A model generated the notes under the pieces. It was not told the DNA's origin. It searched no databases and was given only the letters and a program-made list of their open reading frames with translations. This document shows positions 47,358-56,399 of a stretch of DNA of 64,000 nt, one piece after another; position 1 is the first letter of the stretch; each line of letters opens with the position of its first letter. The stretch comes from Promethearchaeota archaeon. Its GTDB lineage: Archaea; Asgardarchaeota; Hermodarchaeia; Hermodarchaeales; Hermodarchaeaceae. The translations under genes and the position numbers were made by a program. Location of the stretch: contig JBHLPI010000001.1 of assembly GCA_048939595.1 (NCBI GenBank), positions 16,267-80,266 on the forward strand, in the 5' to 3' direction.

Positions 47358-49280
47358 ATGAATTCCGAATTGACAAATTTTAAAAAAATCTCTTTAGTGA
47401 CTGCTATTGCACTAGTGGGCCTCTTCCTATCTCTTGCGTACCTTACTCCACAGAGTGCCTCTGTTAGCGCTTCGTGGACATATCCAAGTGGATACGATCC
47501 TCACGGTGGTTACGTTGATCGAATTACCTTCGTCGTGTATCCATCTGAGGATATAGCTCAAGCACTGCTTGCTCTTCAGGCTGGTACTGTTTATTCATAC
47601 GATGAACGGATCCCGCACCAATCAGTGGAGGAGCTTGAGGCGAACCCAGCAATCGAAGTTACCTCCATTGAAGGAGCTATCTATCGACAATTTACTTTGC
47701 AATGCCAACGATTCCCCACCAATATCACCGGGTATCGGTATGCATTGAACCAAGCACTCGACAAAGCAGCAGTAGTTGCCAACGCCCGTGGTGGATATGC
47801 TACTCCCATGGACAGCGCTATTCCGCTACCCTATGAATATTGGGAATATGAATCCCAAATGGCATCACACTTCTACACAGAAGACATTGCTGCAGCTAAT
47901 GCCACATTGGATGCGGCACAGATCATCGACACTTCTGACTCACCTCACCCTGGTTATCGGTACTACGACGCTGATGACAGCGGAACCTGGACTGCAGGCG
48001 ATAAACGTGGTGATGTGTGGGCTCCGGATGGGCTTAAAATTGAATTATGGGCGTCAACAGGCTATGACCCCGCTATCCAAGCTGTTACCGTCATGGTTGA
48101 TAGCATGGCGAAATGCGGTCTCCTTGGAGAAGTCGTAGAAGTTGACTTTAACGCCTTAATTGCTGGTCTTATCACTGGTGAATTTAGTCTTGGCTGTTTC
48201 AGCTGGAACATCAATCCACCGGGTGAGCCGTTCCTACTCTACGACTTCTTCCACACCCAAGGCAGCTCCAACGGTCTCTTCTACCGATTCAACAACACGG
48301 AATACGACTACAACGCAACTCATTTCGTTGAAGCTCCGACTCGATTAGAGGCAAGAAACTGGGCATGGAATTGTACTGCGATTCTCATAAAAGAGATGCC
48401 AATGATTGTCTGTTATAACGACGAATACACCCATGCTTACCGAACTGACATCTGGGAAGGCTATGTGCCCCAAGTCGCCATTAACCGTATGGGTGGAAAC
48501 CCATATACCTACATTCAAATGCGCCTGAAAGAGGATGCTGGTGGTCCCTTCGGTTGTATCCCAACGGATTACGTCACTGTACTCTCTGAGGGTATGGACT
48601 ACACCAACTACATCCAAAGCGATTCGGGTTACACATTAACCGTCCTCGGACTCATCTACGAAACCCTTTGGAATGTTGATCCTCTCGATCCAGACCAAGG
48701 TATAGGACCTGGACTCGCATATAATTGGACCATTGAAGACACAGTCGCGTCAGGCGATATTGAAGATGGAAAGAAATTCACCTTCTATCTGTATGACAAT
48801 GTTACCTGGCACGATGGACAACCCTTCACCTCAGAAGATGTTCAATACAGCTTCATGAATATCCATCCATGGTCTCCCCCACGATCTGTCAACCTGCTAG
48901 AGATTTACCGAGTTGATACACCAAACGATACAACTGTTGAAGTATATTCAAACAGTAGTGGCTACGTAGAATTTACCCGAGCAACAAGCTTGCCAATTCT
49001 TCCCAAACACATCTGGCAACCATACGAATCTGGCAACTTCACCTGGAGCCCTGAAACTCCGACCGAAATGTCGGGAACAGGTCCCTACAAGTGGGTGACT
49101 CGGGTTACCGGACAATACATTATCTTAGAACGCAATGAGGACTGGCACTTCGGTATTGAACACCCAGATCGACCTCCGTGTCCACCTCCATTCAATCCTC
49201 TGATTTATGTAGGCATTGCTGTTGTGGTGATAGTCATTATCATCATCGCTGGTGTCTACTTCTTCAGAATTCGAAAGTAG
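47358..49280 (+). CDS. oppA: ABC transporter substrate-binding protein, family 5 (OppA-like), with a C-terminal transmembrane anchor
   Basis: N-terminal signal/TM segment, an SBP_bac_5-like core (GGYVDRITFVVYPSEDIAQALLALQAGTVY), and a C-terminal hydrophobic anchor followed by basic residues (IAVVVIVIIIIAGVYFFRIRK). Confidence 0.65.
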   Translation: MNSELTNFKKISLVTAIALVGLFLSLAYLTPQSASVSASWTYPSGYDPHGGYVDRITFVVYPSEDIAQALLALQAGTVYSYDERIPHQSVEELEANPAIEVTSIEGAIYRQFTLQCQRFPTNITGYRYALNQALDKAAVVANARGGYATPMDSAIPLPYEYWEYESQMASHFYTEDIAAANATLDAAQIIDTSDSPHPGYRYYDADDSGTWTAGDKRGDVWAPDGLKIELWASTGYDPAIQAVTVMVDSMAKCGLLGEVVEVDFNALIAGLITGEFSLGCFSWNINPPGEPFLLYDFFHTQGSSNGLFYRFNNTEYDYNATHFVEAPTRLEARNWAWNCTAILIKEMPMIVCYNDEYTHAYRTDIWEGYVPQVAINRMGGNPYTYIQMRLKEDAGGPFGCIPTDYVTVLSEGMDYTNYIQSDSGYTLTVLGLIYETLWNVDPLDPDQGIGPGLAYNWTIEDTVASGDIEDGKKFTFYLYDNVTWHDGQPFTSEDVQYSFMNIHPWSPPRSVNLLEIYRVDTPNDTTVEVYSNSSGYVEFTRATSLPILPKHIWQPYESGNFTWSPETPTEMSGTGPYKWVTRVTGQYIILERNEDWHFGIEHPDRPPCPPPFNPLIYVGIAVVVIVIIIIAGVYFFRIRK

Positions 49281-49325
49281 TCTAGATCAAAGTAGGGCTT
49301 CGGCCCTACAACCCTCTTTTTTTGG

Positions 49326-50195
49326 GTGAAAATATTGAACAGTGAATTTGATAAAAGGCGATTTGGAACCATTGCGGCACAAGTAGTGATTGCCGCAGTT
49401 TACGGCGGTATTTTAGCGTATATTTTACTAACAACAACTGATCTCACATATATTTCACTGGGAACCGCCTATCCTTTTCCACTTAATATTTACATGGTCT
49501 TAATCTACGCAGGAATTGGGCTTGGCATCGTCTTCATCCTCAACCTTTTTTTTCGGTTCTCCAATCTCCGTCCAGATCGACTATTCGTTTCGGTTCTTCT
49601 TTCCCCACTACTTTTTCTAGCAACTTTACTTGTGGGCCATATTATCCTTCTGTTCTTTCTTCAGGGAGTCGAGAATCTTTTTCTCTATACAATTGTCGCT
49701 TTCGCTTCGATATACTTCTCTATGTTTGCCATCCTCTTTATCATACTTGATATGCTTCCTACCTGGGGAAAACAAGTGATGGTTATTTGGTATGGAGGAA
49801 GTATCGGTGCTTTTCTTGGCGTGGCGATTCCCACACTGCCACTCTTTGTTTTATTCATCGCTTTAGCTGCTCTTGATATCTTCACCGCCCAGGCTGTTCA
49901 ACCTGATTGGCATAAGCGTGTTGACGGCATGGATTTCTTAGGTACGATGCTTGGTGGCACTTTTATGGGCGTTGGCGATATTGTCTCCTATTCTGCCATC
50001 GTGGCTCATACCCTTGTCTACTTTGGAATCTGGTTTGCCCTCGCCTCCGCTTTAATGCTCCTTCTTGGAGTTGCCGTGTTGGTTGCCGTATTTCAACGAC
50101 GAATTGATAAACCAATACCCGGACTGATTGTTGTTATATTCGGAGTCCTTCCATGGATTCCAGCAATAATACTCGAAATTTTAACTAGCATTTGA
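49326..50195 (+). CDS. Polytopic membrane protein, putative GxGD-type intramembrane aspartyl protease (presenilin/SPP- or prepilin-peptidase-like)
   Basis: About 9 transmembrane helices. A candidate first Asp in LAALDIFT, a GxGD motif in FMGVGDIVSY, and a PAL-like LPWIPAI near the C-terminus. Confidence 0.35.
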   Translation: MKILNSEFDKRRFGTIAAQVVIAAVYGGILAYILLTTTDLTYISLGTAYPFPLNIYMVLIYAGIGLGIVFILNLFFRFSNLRPDRLFVSVLLSPLLFLATLLVGHIILLFFLQGVENLFLYTIVAFASIYFSMFAILFIILDMLPTWGKQVMVIWYGGSIGAFLGVAIPTLPLFVLFIALAALDIFTAQAVQPDWHKRVDGMDFLGTMLGGTFMGVGDIVSYSAIVAHTLVYFGIWFALASALMLLLGVAVLVAVFQRRIDKPIPGLIVVIFGVLPWIPAIILEILTSI

Positions 50196-50382
50196 TCGAT
50201 ATACCCAATAATGGGTGTAATCAACGTACCCAAACCTCCACTTATGCCAAGAGCCAATGATGGTACACGCAGAGTTATGGTAAAGACTTGCAACTTCAGA
50301 CTGTTTTAGCACAAATTAATCAAGGATCATACCGATTCTTGATGTTGTTAAGACGAAGGAATCTTTGCTGGAAAGTGAAAGG

Positions 50383-51615
50383 CTAGGTAGTCGACCAATG
50401 TTTCAAGGCTTCAGCTAATTCTGGGTGTGATGCCGCGAATTCTTCAAGAGAAAACCCAGCTATGGTCGCATCCACCGCTTGCCGCATTGCAGTTGCACCC
50501 ACCCGAGTTCCCTTAGGGTGCCCATGAATTCCGCCACCCGCCTGGATAACCAAGTCTGTTCCAAAAATGTCAATGAGACTGGGGACATGCCTTGGGTGCA
50601 ACCCCCCAGATGCCACGGGTAAAGTGGGTTTCAAATCTGCAAGCGGTTCTTTGCATTTACGAATGTTGGTTTCAACTTCTTCTCGGTCTTCAGACATTTT
50701 CCCGACGGCTGTGCCAACATGTAATTGGTCTATTCCAAGCAACCGTGAAGCTGTGGCAATGACTGGCATGGCAATCCCATGTTCGTGAAGTTTGGTGAAA
50801 GCTGCATGCATAGCTCGATGTCCATGTAGAATCAGCTTGAACCCCTGATTTCGTAGAGTGGATACGGCCGAGTAACCACAGGTGAGGATATCAATCATTG
50901 CTACTCGTCCACCATGATCTTCGATAAATTGAGCGCGCCGGAGCATTTCTTGAGTCTCGGCGGTGACATTGATTAAGTAAACTTTCTCTTCTCCCGTTTC
51001 TTCTTCAGCGCGATCGCGTTGATCCAATGTGGCGATGACGCGATCTTCAAAAGGATTAAACGCTTGGCTCGAAAGATTTTCATCATCTTTCACCACGTCA
51101 CAACCTCCTGCCCAAGCTTCATAAGCAACAGCCGCATGATCTTTAGTACGGAGCCCAAGTTTAGGTTTCACAATGGTTCCAACCAGAGGACGTTCTGGCA
51201 CTTTGATGGTGGCTCGGATTCCGGGAATGCCAAACGCAGGTCCAGGGAAACTTTTCACTAGCTTTTTGGGAAATTCAATATCGAGTAATCGAAGGTATTT
51301 GAGATCACCCAATCCAAACACATTCCCCGCCACAGAACTCATGATGTTTGGCAAGTTTCCGGGTTCAAAGAGCTCAATAGGATAAGCGATACGAGCAACA
51401 TTTCCGACTAATTCGAAGACAGTTGCAGCAAGCTTTTTCATATAAGGTTTCTCGGTCGTTAATTCAGTCCACGTCCCAATCGAACTTTCCGCTGCGACAC
51501 CACCTGCCGCCCACTCTATGCTTCGTTTTGGATTCCTTGTTTCAATCCGAAAAGTACAGATGGTATCTGTGGGAGCTGGTTTGTATTTGGGATTGTAAAA
51601 GTCCTGATATTTCAT
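50383..51615 (-). CDS. rbcL: Ribulose-1,5-bisphosphate carboxylase/oxygenase large subunit, form III-like
   Basis: GGCDVVKDDENL (carbamylated-Lys motif), VKPKLGL, LHGHRAMHAAF and GGGIHGHP motifs. Confidence 0.9.
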   Translation of the reverse strand: MKYQDFYNPKYKPAPTDTICTFRIETRNPKRSIEWAAGGVAAESSIGTWTELTTEKPYMKKLAATVFELVGNVARIAYPIELFEPGNLPNIMSSVAGNVFGLGDLKYLRLLDIEFPKKLVKSFPGPAFGIPGIRATIKVPERPLVGTIVKPKLGLRTKDHAAVAYEAWAGGCDVVKDDENLSSQAFNPFEDRVIATLDQRDRAEEETGEEKVYLINVTAETQEMLRRAQFIEDHGGRVAMIDILTCGYSAVSTLRNQGFKLILHGHRAMHAAFTKLHEHGIAMPVIATASRLLGIDQLHVGTAVGKMSEDREEVETNIRKCKEPLADLKPTLPVASGGLHPRHVPSLIDIFGTDLVIQAGGGIHGHPKGTRVGATAMRQAVDATIAGFSLEEFAASHPELAEALKHWSTT

Positions 51616-51858
51616 TAAGTGCCACCTAGGAGAACTGAGTATGATATCGATGAATTACTAGAAGTTGACCTAAAATTATTCGCTTTAATAGGTTTTGAGG
51701 TTACACAAGGCTGGAAAAAGCCGCGATTAATGCGGCAGCAACTCCAATAATCAGCATACAAGATCGGCTTCTCTCTCGTTTTCTTCCCTTTTATCTTTCC
51801 GTTGCAACACACAGCGTTTTTATCAAGGCACTGTTTCAACTGAGTCAGAAGTGGTATT

Positions 51859-52281
51859 ATGACAATCTATACCGGTGAAGTGAAAGTCAAAACCAACGGT
51901 GAACCCGACATCATCGATGTCACAGAGCAGGTCACCTTGCATCTTAAAAAAAGCAGTATCCAATCGGGACTTGTGACGGTCTTCTGTACCGGGTCCACTG
52001 CGGCAGTAACAACCATTGAATACGAGCCCGGACTGCTCAAAGACCTTCCCGTAGCAATGGAGCGCTTTGCCCCGCGTGATGCCCTGTATGAACACCAGCT
52101 CCGTTGGCAGGATGGAAATGGTCACAGCCACGTCAGGGCCGCCATAATTGGTCCCAGTATTACAATCCCAATAATCGAAGGAAAAATGCCATTAGGGACC
52201 TGGCAACAAATCGTTCTACTCGAATTAGATGTCAAACCTCGAACCCGTCAACTTGTAATACAAGTCATTGGGGACCAGTAG
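51859..52281 (+). CDS. yjbQ: YjbQ/UPF0047-family protein (secondary thiamine-phosphate synthase-like)
   Basis: A 140-aa protein with family-typical VTVFCTGSTAAVTTIEYEPGL...NGHSHVRAA. Confidence 0.8.
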   Translation: MTIYTGEVKVKTNGEPDIIDVTEQVTLHLKKSSIQSGLVTVFCTGSTAAVTTIEYEPGLLKDLPVAMERFAPRDALYEHQLRWQDGNGHSHVRAAIIGPSITIPIIEGKMPLGTWQQIVLLELDVKPRTRQLVIQVIGDQ

Positions 52282-52288
52282 AGAAGTA

Positions 52289-53071
52289 CTACCTCTGACC
52301 CTTTCCAAGATAGATACCATGCGGATCAAGTCCACGAAGTTGTTTTAATTCATATTCAGTTGGTTCAGCCGTTGTAGGGACCGATTTCGGAACAATTAGA
52401 TCGAACATCACATTTTTCTTCACCCAGTCAACGGTTATGTCCGGATGAACCGATTTTAGCCGAATCCGCTTGGTTTGGGGATCAAAATCCATCTGACACT
52501 TATCTGTGACAACAAGTGCGGGTCCTCCTCCAATTAATCCCATTTTCTCACGGCTTCCAGGGCCGGAAAGGTGACCAGGGCTAGTCAGGTAATCAAGTTT
52601 CTTAACGAATTTTCGGGAATCGTGTGTAAACATAAGGATTATTCGACCAGCTGAACTGGCAATATCATTACCTCCGCCACTTCCTGGTAGTCGGACTTTA
52701 GGTGCATCAAAGTCACCAATATAGGATGTGTTGATGTTTCCGTATTCATCGATCTGAGCAGCACCCAAGAAGCCAACATCGACCCGGCCGCGCATCATCA
52801 AGAACCCCAGGGTTTCAATAAGTCCAATTGATGCTGCAGCCCGGTAACCTAAACGGGAATCTGCAACGGAAAGAGCCAAGTCTTTGTTTTGAGTGTCAAC
52901 ATTTCCTCCTTCATAGATGATGATTGCATTCGGAGCGTGGGTCACTTTCGCAAGCATGGCACCAAGTACGGGTAGCCCTGTTCCTGCAAAGACGCGTTCA
53001 CCATCTTGTACTGCATGAGCTCCACAAACAGCCATCATTTCCGTTGATGTATAATCAGCCACATTCATCAC
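52289..53071 (-). CDS. CoA-transferase subunit B (glutaconate/3-oxoacid CoA-transferase family)
   Basis: The subunit-B core, including ADSRLGYRAAASIGLIETLGFLMMRG, in its family-typical arrangement. Confidence 0.75.
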   Translation of the reverse strand: MMNVADYTSTEMMAVCGAHAVQDGERVFAGTGLPVLGAMLAKVTHAPNAIIIYEGGNVDTQNKDLALSVADSRLGYRAAASIGLIETLGFLMMRGRVDVGFLGAAQIDEYGNINTSYIGDFDAPKVRLPGSGGGNDIASSAGRIILMFTHDSRKFVKKLDYLTSPGHLSGPGSREKMGLIGGGPALVVTDKCQMDFDPQTKRIRLKSVHPDITVDWVKKNVMFDLIVPKSVPTTAEPTEYELKQLRGLDPHGIYLGKGQR

Positions 53072-53077
53072 TTCCTC

Positions 53078-53794
53078 CTAGTATCCATATCGTGGATCTG
53101 CGCGCAACTCCTTCAATCGCTTCTCGCCAATCTTCTTTAGGAGTCCATCATGACTCCTTACGCCAAGAATCCAATCCTCCAAATACTCCTCCCAGCCCTC
53201 TTCGGTCTTACATTGCTGGACATAATACTGCAAGTGGGGAAGGTCATAGTCGTACATACCGAATACTTGCATCGGCCAGCTTCCGAAAGGAAGTTCAACA
53301 ACATAATCAACGTAGAGACTGGGAATCATCGTCTTATCCGGGTTCTGACGAATTTCCTCATTGGTAATAATTTTCTCAACGAACACAATTGACTTCTTTG
53401 CGCAACGAGTAATCTCGTTATCTTCCCCTTTGATACCAAAGATTTGCACATTGCCAGCCTGATCCGCTTTCTGAGCACAAATAACGCCAAAGTCGGCCTG
53501 AATTGAGGGAAGCAGAGCGACTGGCGTTCCAGTGAATGGACACTCCATCATCTTAGCCTTGTTTTTCCGCAGCTTCGTCTTTTCCATCATATCAGAACCA
53601 ATCATATGCCGAATGGGCATAAATGGTACATTCAAAGCCCCACCCAAAAACCGGAGTGCCATAGCTAGATTCGAATAGTCTTCGAATTTCACTTTCCCTT
53701 CTTTCGACCGGCGACGAAGATTAGGAGCCAGCCCCAAGGCCTCTATGGCAAAGAATGCTACCTCAAATTCCAAACACACCTCAGCCCCGACCAA
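53078..53794 (-). CDS. CoA-transferase subunit A, C-terminal about 240 aa. It has no in-frame ATG, and the ORF track's M at 53794 is a TTG codon; this fragment is probably continuous with the 53820..54023 fragment.
   Basis: Family-I CoA-transferase A-subunit body. Upstream in frame there is a TGA, and stops occur in all three frames in the roughly 15 nt that separate it from the N-terminal fragment. Confidence 0.55.
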   Translation of the reverse strand: MVGAEVCLEFEVAFFAIEALGLAPNLRRRSKEGKVKFEDYSNLAMALRFLGGALNVPFMPIRHMIGSDMMEKTKLRKNKAKMMECPFTGTPVALLPSIQADFGVICAQKADQAGNVQIFGIKGEDNEITRCAKKSIVFVEKIITNEEIRQNPDKTMIPSLYVDYVVELPFGSWPMQVFGMYDYDLPHLQYYVQQCKTEEGWEEYLEDWILGVRSHDGLLKKIGEKRLKELRADPRYGY

Positions 53795-53819
53795 GATTTC
53801 TAGTTGGGTTAGAATTCAT

Positions 53820-54023
53820 CTAGCGCCCAAAATCCAGATCGTGTTCGGAGCCACACGTATATATACGTAAATGGCGCTTTTTTTGGCGGATGAGTTCCAT
53901 GGCGAAGGCTTCGGGTGGTCGTTGGTAGCCAAATCCGCCCCAAGCAATGTGTGCACCATCTTGGACTTTTTTAGTAACTTCTTCAAGAGTGATTCTTTTG
54001 TCTTCGATTGCTGCTTCTGTCAA
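53820..54023 (-). CDS. CoA-transferase subunit A, N-terminal 67-aa fragment
   Basis: KRITLEEVTKKVQDGAHIAWGGFG is the canonical subunit-A N-terminus. It ends in TAG just before the next fragment. Confidence 0.55.
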   Translation of the reverse strand: MTEAAIEDKRITLEEVTKKVQDGAHIAWGGFGYQRPPEAFAMELIRQKKRHLRIYTCGSEHDLDFGR

Positions 54024-54181
54024 TGGTGTTCACCAGTAATTAGTTTCATACTCAAAGATTACTAGATGTGATAAAAGGCTTACCGCCGTTTGGGCAAATG
54101 AGATGGAACCGACTTAAAATGTCATAGGAAATAAAGCTGAACCATACCAGTAAGAGATGATTACCCAGCGGAGTTAACATT

Positions 54182-54460
54182 TTGGAGCAAAACGAAAAGC
54201 CCCCAGGTCCGTTGATGCCACGAGACACCAAGCCCCCACCACCACGATCTGGACGAGTGGAACGGCATCTCAAAGCACTCCGAAGTCAAATCACAGGTAA
54301 GGGTCGGCAAGCTGCACTAACCTTGGGTAAATTAGATGATGCACGAGCTGTTGAACCGCTCATAAAGGCATTACAGGATTCTTATCCAAAGTCCCGTAAT
54401 CGAATCATTCTAGCACTCCAAATGCTTGGAAAATACAAAGATACGCTAACTCATTCTTAA
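54182..54460 (+). CDS. Small HEAT/PBS-lyase-like repeat protein
   Basis: AALTLGKLDDARAVEPLIKALQDS...RIILALQMLG matches the HEAT_PBS repeat pattern. Confidence 0.5.
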   Translation: MEQNEKPPGPLMPRDTKPPPPRSGRVERHLKALRSQITGKGRQAALTLGKLDDARAVEPLIKALQDSYPKSRNRIILALQMLGKYKDTLTHS

Positions 54461-54517
54461 GAAGAAGTTGTATCCAAAGAAGCAGATTTGGCACTTACCA
54501 TTCCATGTTTACATTAG

Positions 54518-55951
54518 CTAGACTATTTGGGCTTTGAGCACATCTTTAGCTGTAAACACTTCAAGTACATTAGTGCGCCCAGGTACTAAGGCAGAGGCAC
54601 GAACTACAACCACTCTTTCTTCGGGTTTGATAATACCATCATTGTGAAGTTTCTTGAAAGCTAGTTGGAGAAGTTCGTCCATGTTGTTGCAATGCTTTAT
54701 CAGCAGACTTTCTGTGCCCCAGAGTAATTTCATCTGCCGTTGCACTCGGATATGCGGCGTACTGGCAATAATCCGAACGAAAGGTCGATATTTTGAAACC
54801 ATGCGAGCCGAATAGCCAGCCATGGTAAAAACGAGCACGGTTTGGACATCGAGATTCTTTGCCATGGTGACGACCGATCGACCAAGTTCTTCGGCAATAA
54901 GATGTTGACCTGAATCGTAGTAGGTTAGATTGCGTTGGGGGAATGAAGGTATCACTTGTCGCCCAATCGTTTCCATGACTTGAACTGCAGCAACCGGATG
55001 CCGCCCAACGGCTGTCTCCGCTGAAAGCATCACTGCATCAGAACCATCGAGTATGGCATTTGCTACATCGCTAGTTTCAGCCCGAGTAGGACGAGAGTTT
55101 CGGACCATGGATTCAAGCATCTGCGTTGCTACTATGACTGGTTTGCCAACCTGGTTGCATTTGTGAACAATTTCTTTTTGGAGGAGGGGTACTTGCTCAG
55201 GGGGGATCTCGACACCAAGATCACCTCGCGCGACCATGATGCCATAACTCGCATCTAAGATATCATCGAAATTTTTGATAGCAAAGATATGCTCGATTTT
55301 TGAGATGATGGGAATATCTGTACCTTCGTTGCGCAAAAAACTTTGAACTTTTTCAATTTCACTCCGTCGTTTCACTGCAGAAATCGCCACAAATTCGGGA
55401 CCGAGTTCAATGATAAACTTGAGATGTTCAATATCTTGGGGTGTGGGAACAGTCATTCCTAAATCAACACCGGGGACATTCACACCCTTATTTGTGCTAA
55501 TTTCTCCACCAGTTACCACAGAACAGTGGATTTCCGATCCTTGAATCTTATCGACCCGAAGTTCAACTATCCCATCATTAACAAATATGCTTTGGCGAGC
55601 TTTGATTAATTTGGGGAGTGTCTTTAATGAGACACTAATCCGGGTAGCATCTCCTTCGATATCGTCCGTAGTTAGAGTAATGTGGTCTCCTTCATTTAAT
55701 TCAAAAGCGGATTTAACGACACCAATTCGCACCCGAGGTCCTTCAAGATCCATGAGAATAGGATGATTGGGAAGGTGTTGACGAATCCGATTAAAGCGGA
55801 TTCGATGTTCTTCCAACGTCCCATGTGAGAGGTTGAGTCTTAACACATCCATACCAGCTTTTGCCATTGCCAATAACTTCTCTTTGTTTTGACATGCCGG
55901 ACCGATTGTGCAGACGATTTTTGAACGTGTGGGAATCTTTCGTTGTGTCAC
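54518..55951 (-). CDS. pyk: Pyruvate kinase
   Basis: KIVCTIGPA, MDVLRLNLSHG, MVARGDLGVEIP and VIVATQMLESM motifs. Confidence 0.9.
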   Translation of the reverse strand: MTQRKIPTRSKIVCTIGPACQNKEKLLAMAKAGMDVLRLNLSHGTLEEHRIRFNRIRQHLPNHPILMDLEGPRVRIGVVKSAFELNEGDHITLTTDDIEGDATRISVSLKTLPKLIKARQSIFVNDGIVELRVDKIQGSEIHCSVVTGGEISTNKGVNVPGVDLGMTVPTPQDIEHLKFIIELGPEFVAISAVKRRSEIEKVQSFLRNEGTDIPIISKIEHIFAIKNFDDILDASYGIMVARGDLGVEIPPEQVPLLQKEIVHKCNQVGKPVIVATQMLESMVRNSRPTRAETSDVANAILDGSDAVMLSAETAVGRHPVAAVQVMETIGRQVIPSFPQRNLTYYDSGQHLIAEELGRSVVTMAKNLDVQTVLVFTMAGYSARMVSKYRPFVRIIASTPHIRVQRQMKLLWGTESLLIKHCNNMDELLQLAFKKLHNDGIIKPEERVVVVRASALVPGRTNVLEVFTAKDVLKAQIV

Positions 55952-56108
55952 CTTTCCACCACACCTCTGGGTATAGAAAAAACCATTTCAGCGAGCCTAA
56001 TTAGTGTTACTACCCGACCTGTTGTCAACGATATTGGATTAGAAATAAACCCTAGAATCATCGTGACTTTTATAACGCGGATAACCACACAGAGACAGCT
56101 GAGCCACT

Positions 56109-56393
56109 ATGTACGTGACTGTTCGGTACTTGAGTGTTATTCGAGAGATCACCGGCACCCGAGAAGAGGTGATAGAGGTTGATAATGGTTCGACAGTTGA
56201 AGACCTTTTGAGAATCCTTTCGAAGAAATATGGGAAAGCGTTTGATCGGATGATTCGTTCTGGGCGGGATATTCGAGGATTACAAATCATCTATTTTATT
56301 AACGGAAAAAATATCGCGAACCTCAAAGGATTCAAAACTGCAGTTCAACACCAAAGTGAACTTGTAATTATTCCACCTGTCGCTGGTGGATGA
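56109..56393 (+). CDS. MoaD/ThiS/SAMP-like ubiquitin-fold protein with a C-terminal diglycine
   Basis: A 94-aa protein with beta-grasp MoaD-like layout that ends ...ELVIIPPVAGG followed by the stop codon. Confidence 0.8.
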   Translation: MYVTVRYLSVIREITGTREEVIEVDNGSTVEDLLRILSKKYGKAFDRMIRSGRDIRGLQIIYFINGKNIANLKGFKTAVQHQSELVIIPPVAGG

Positions 56394-56399
56394 TGCCCA

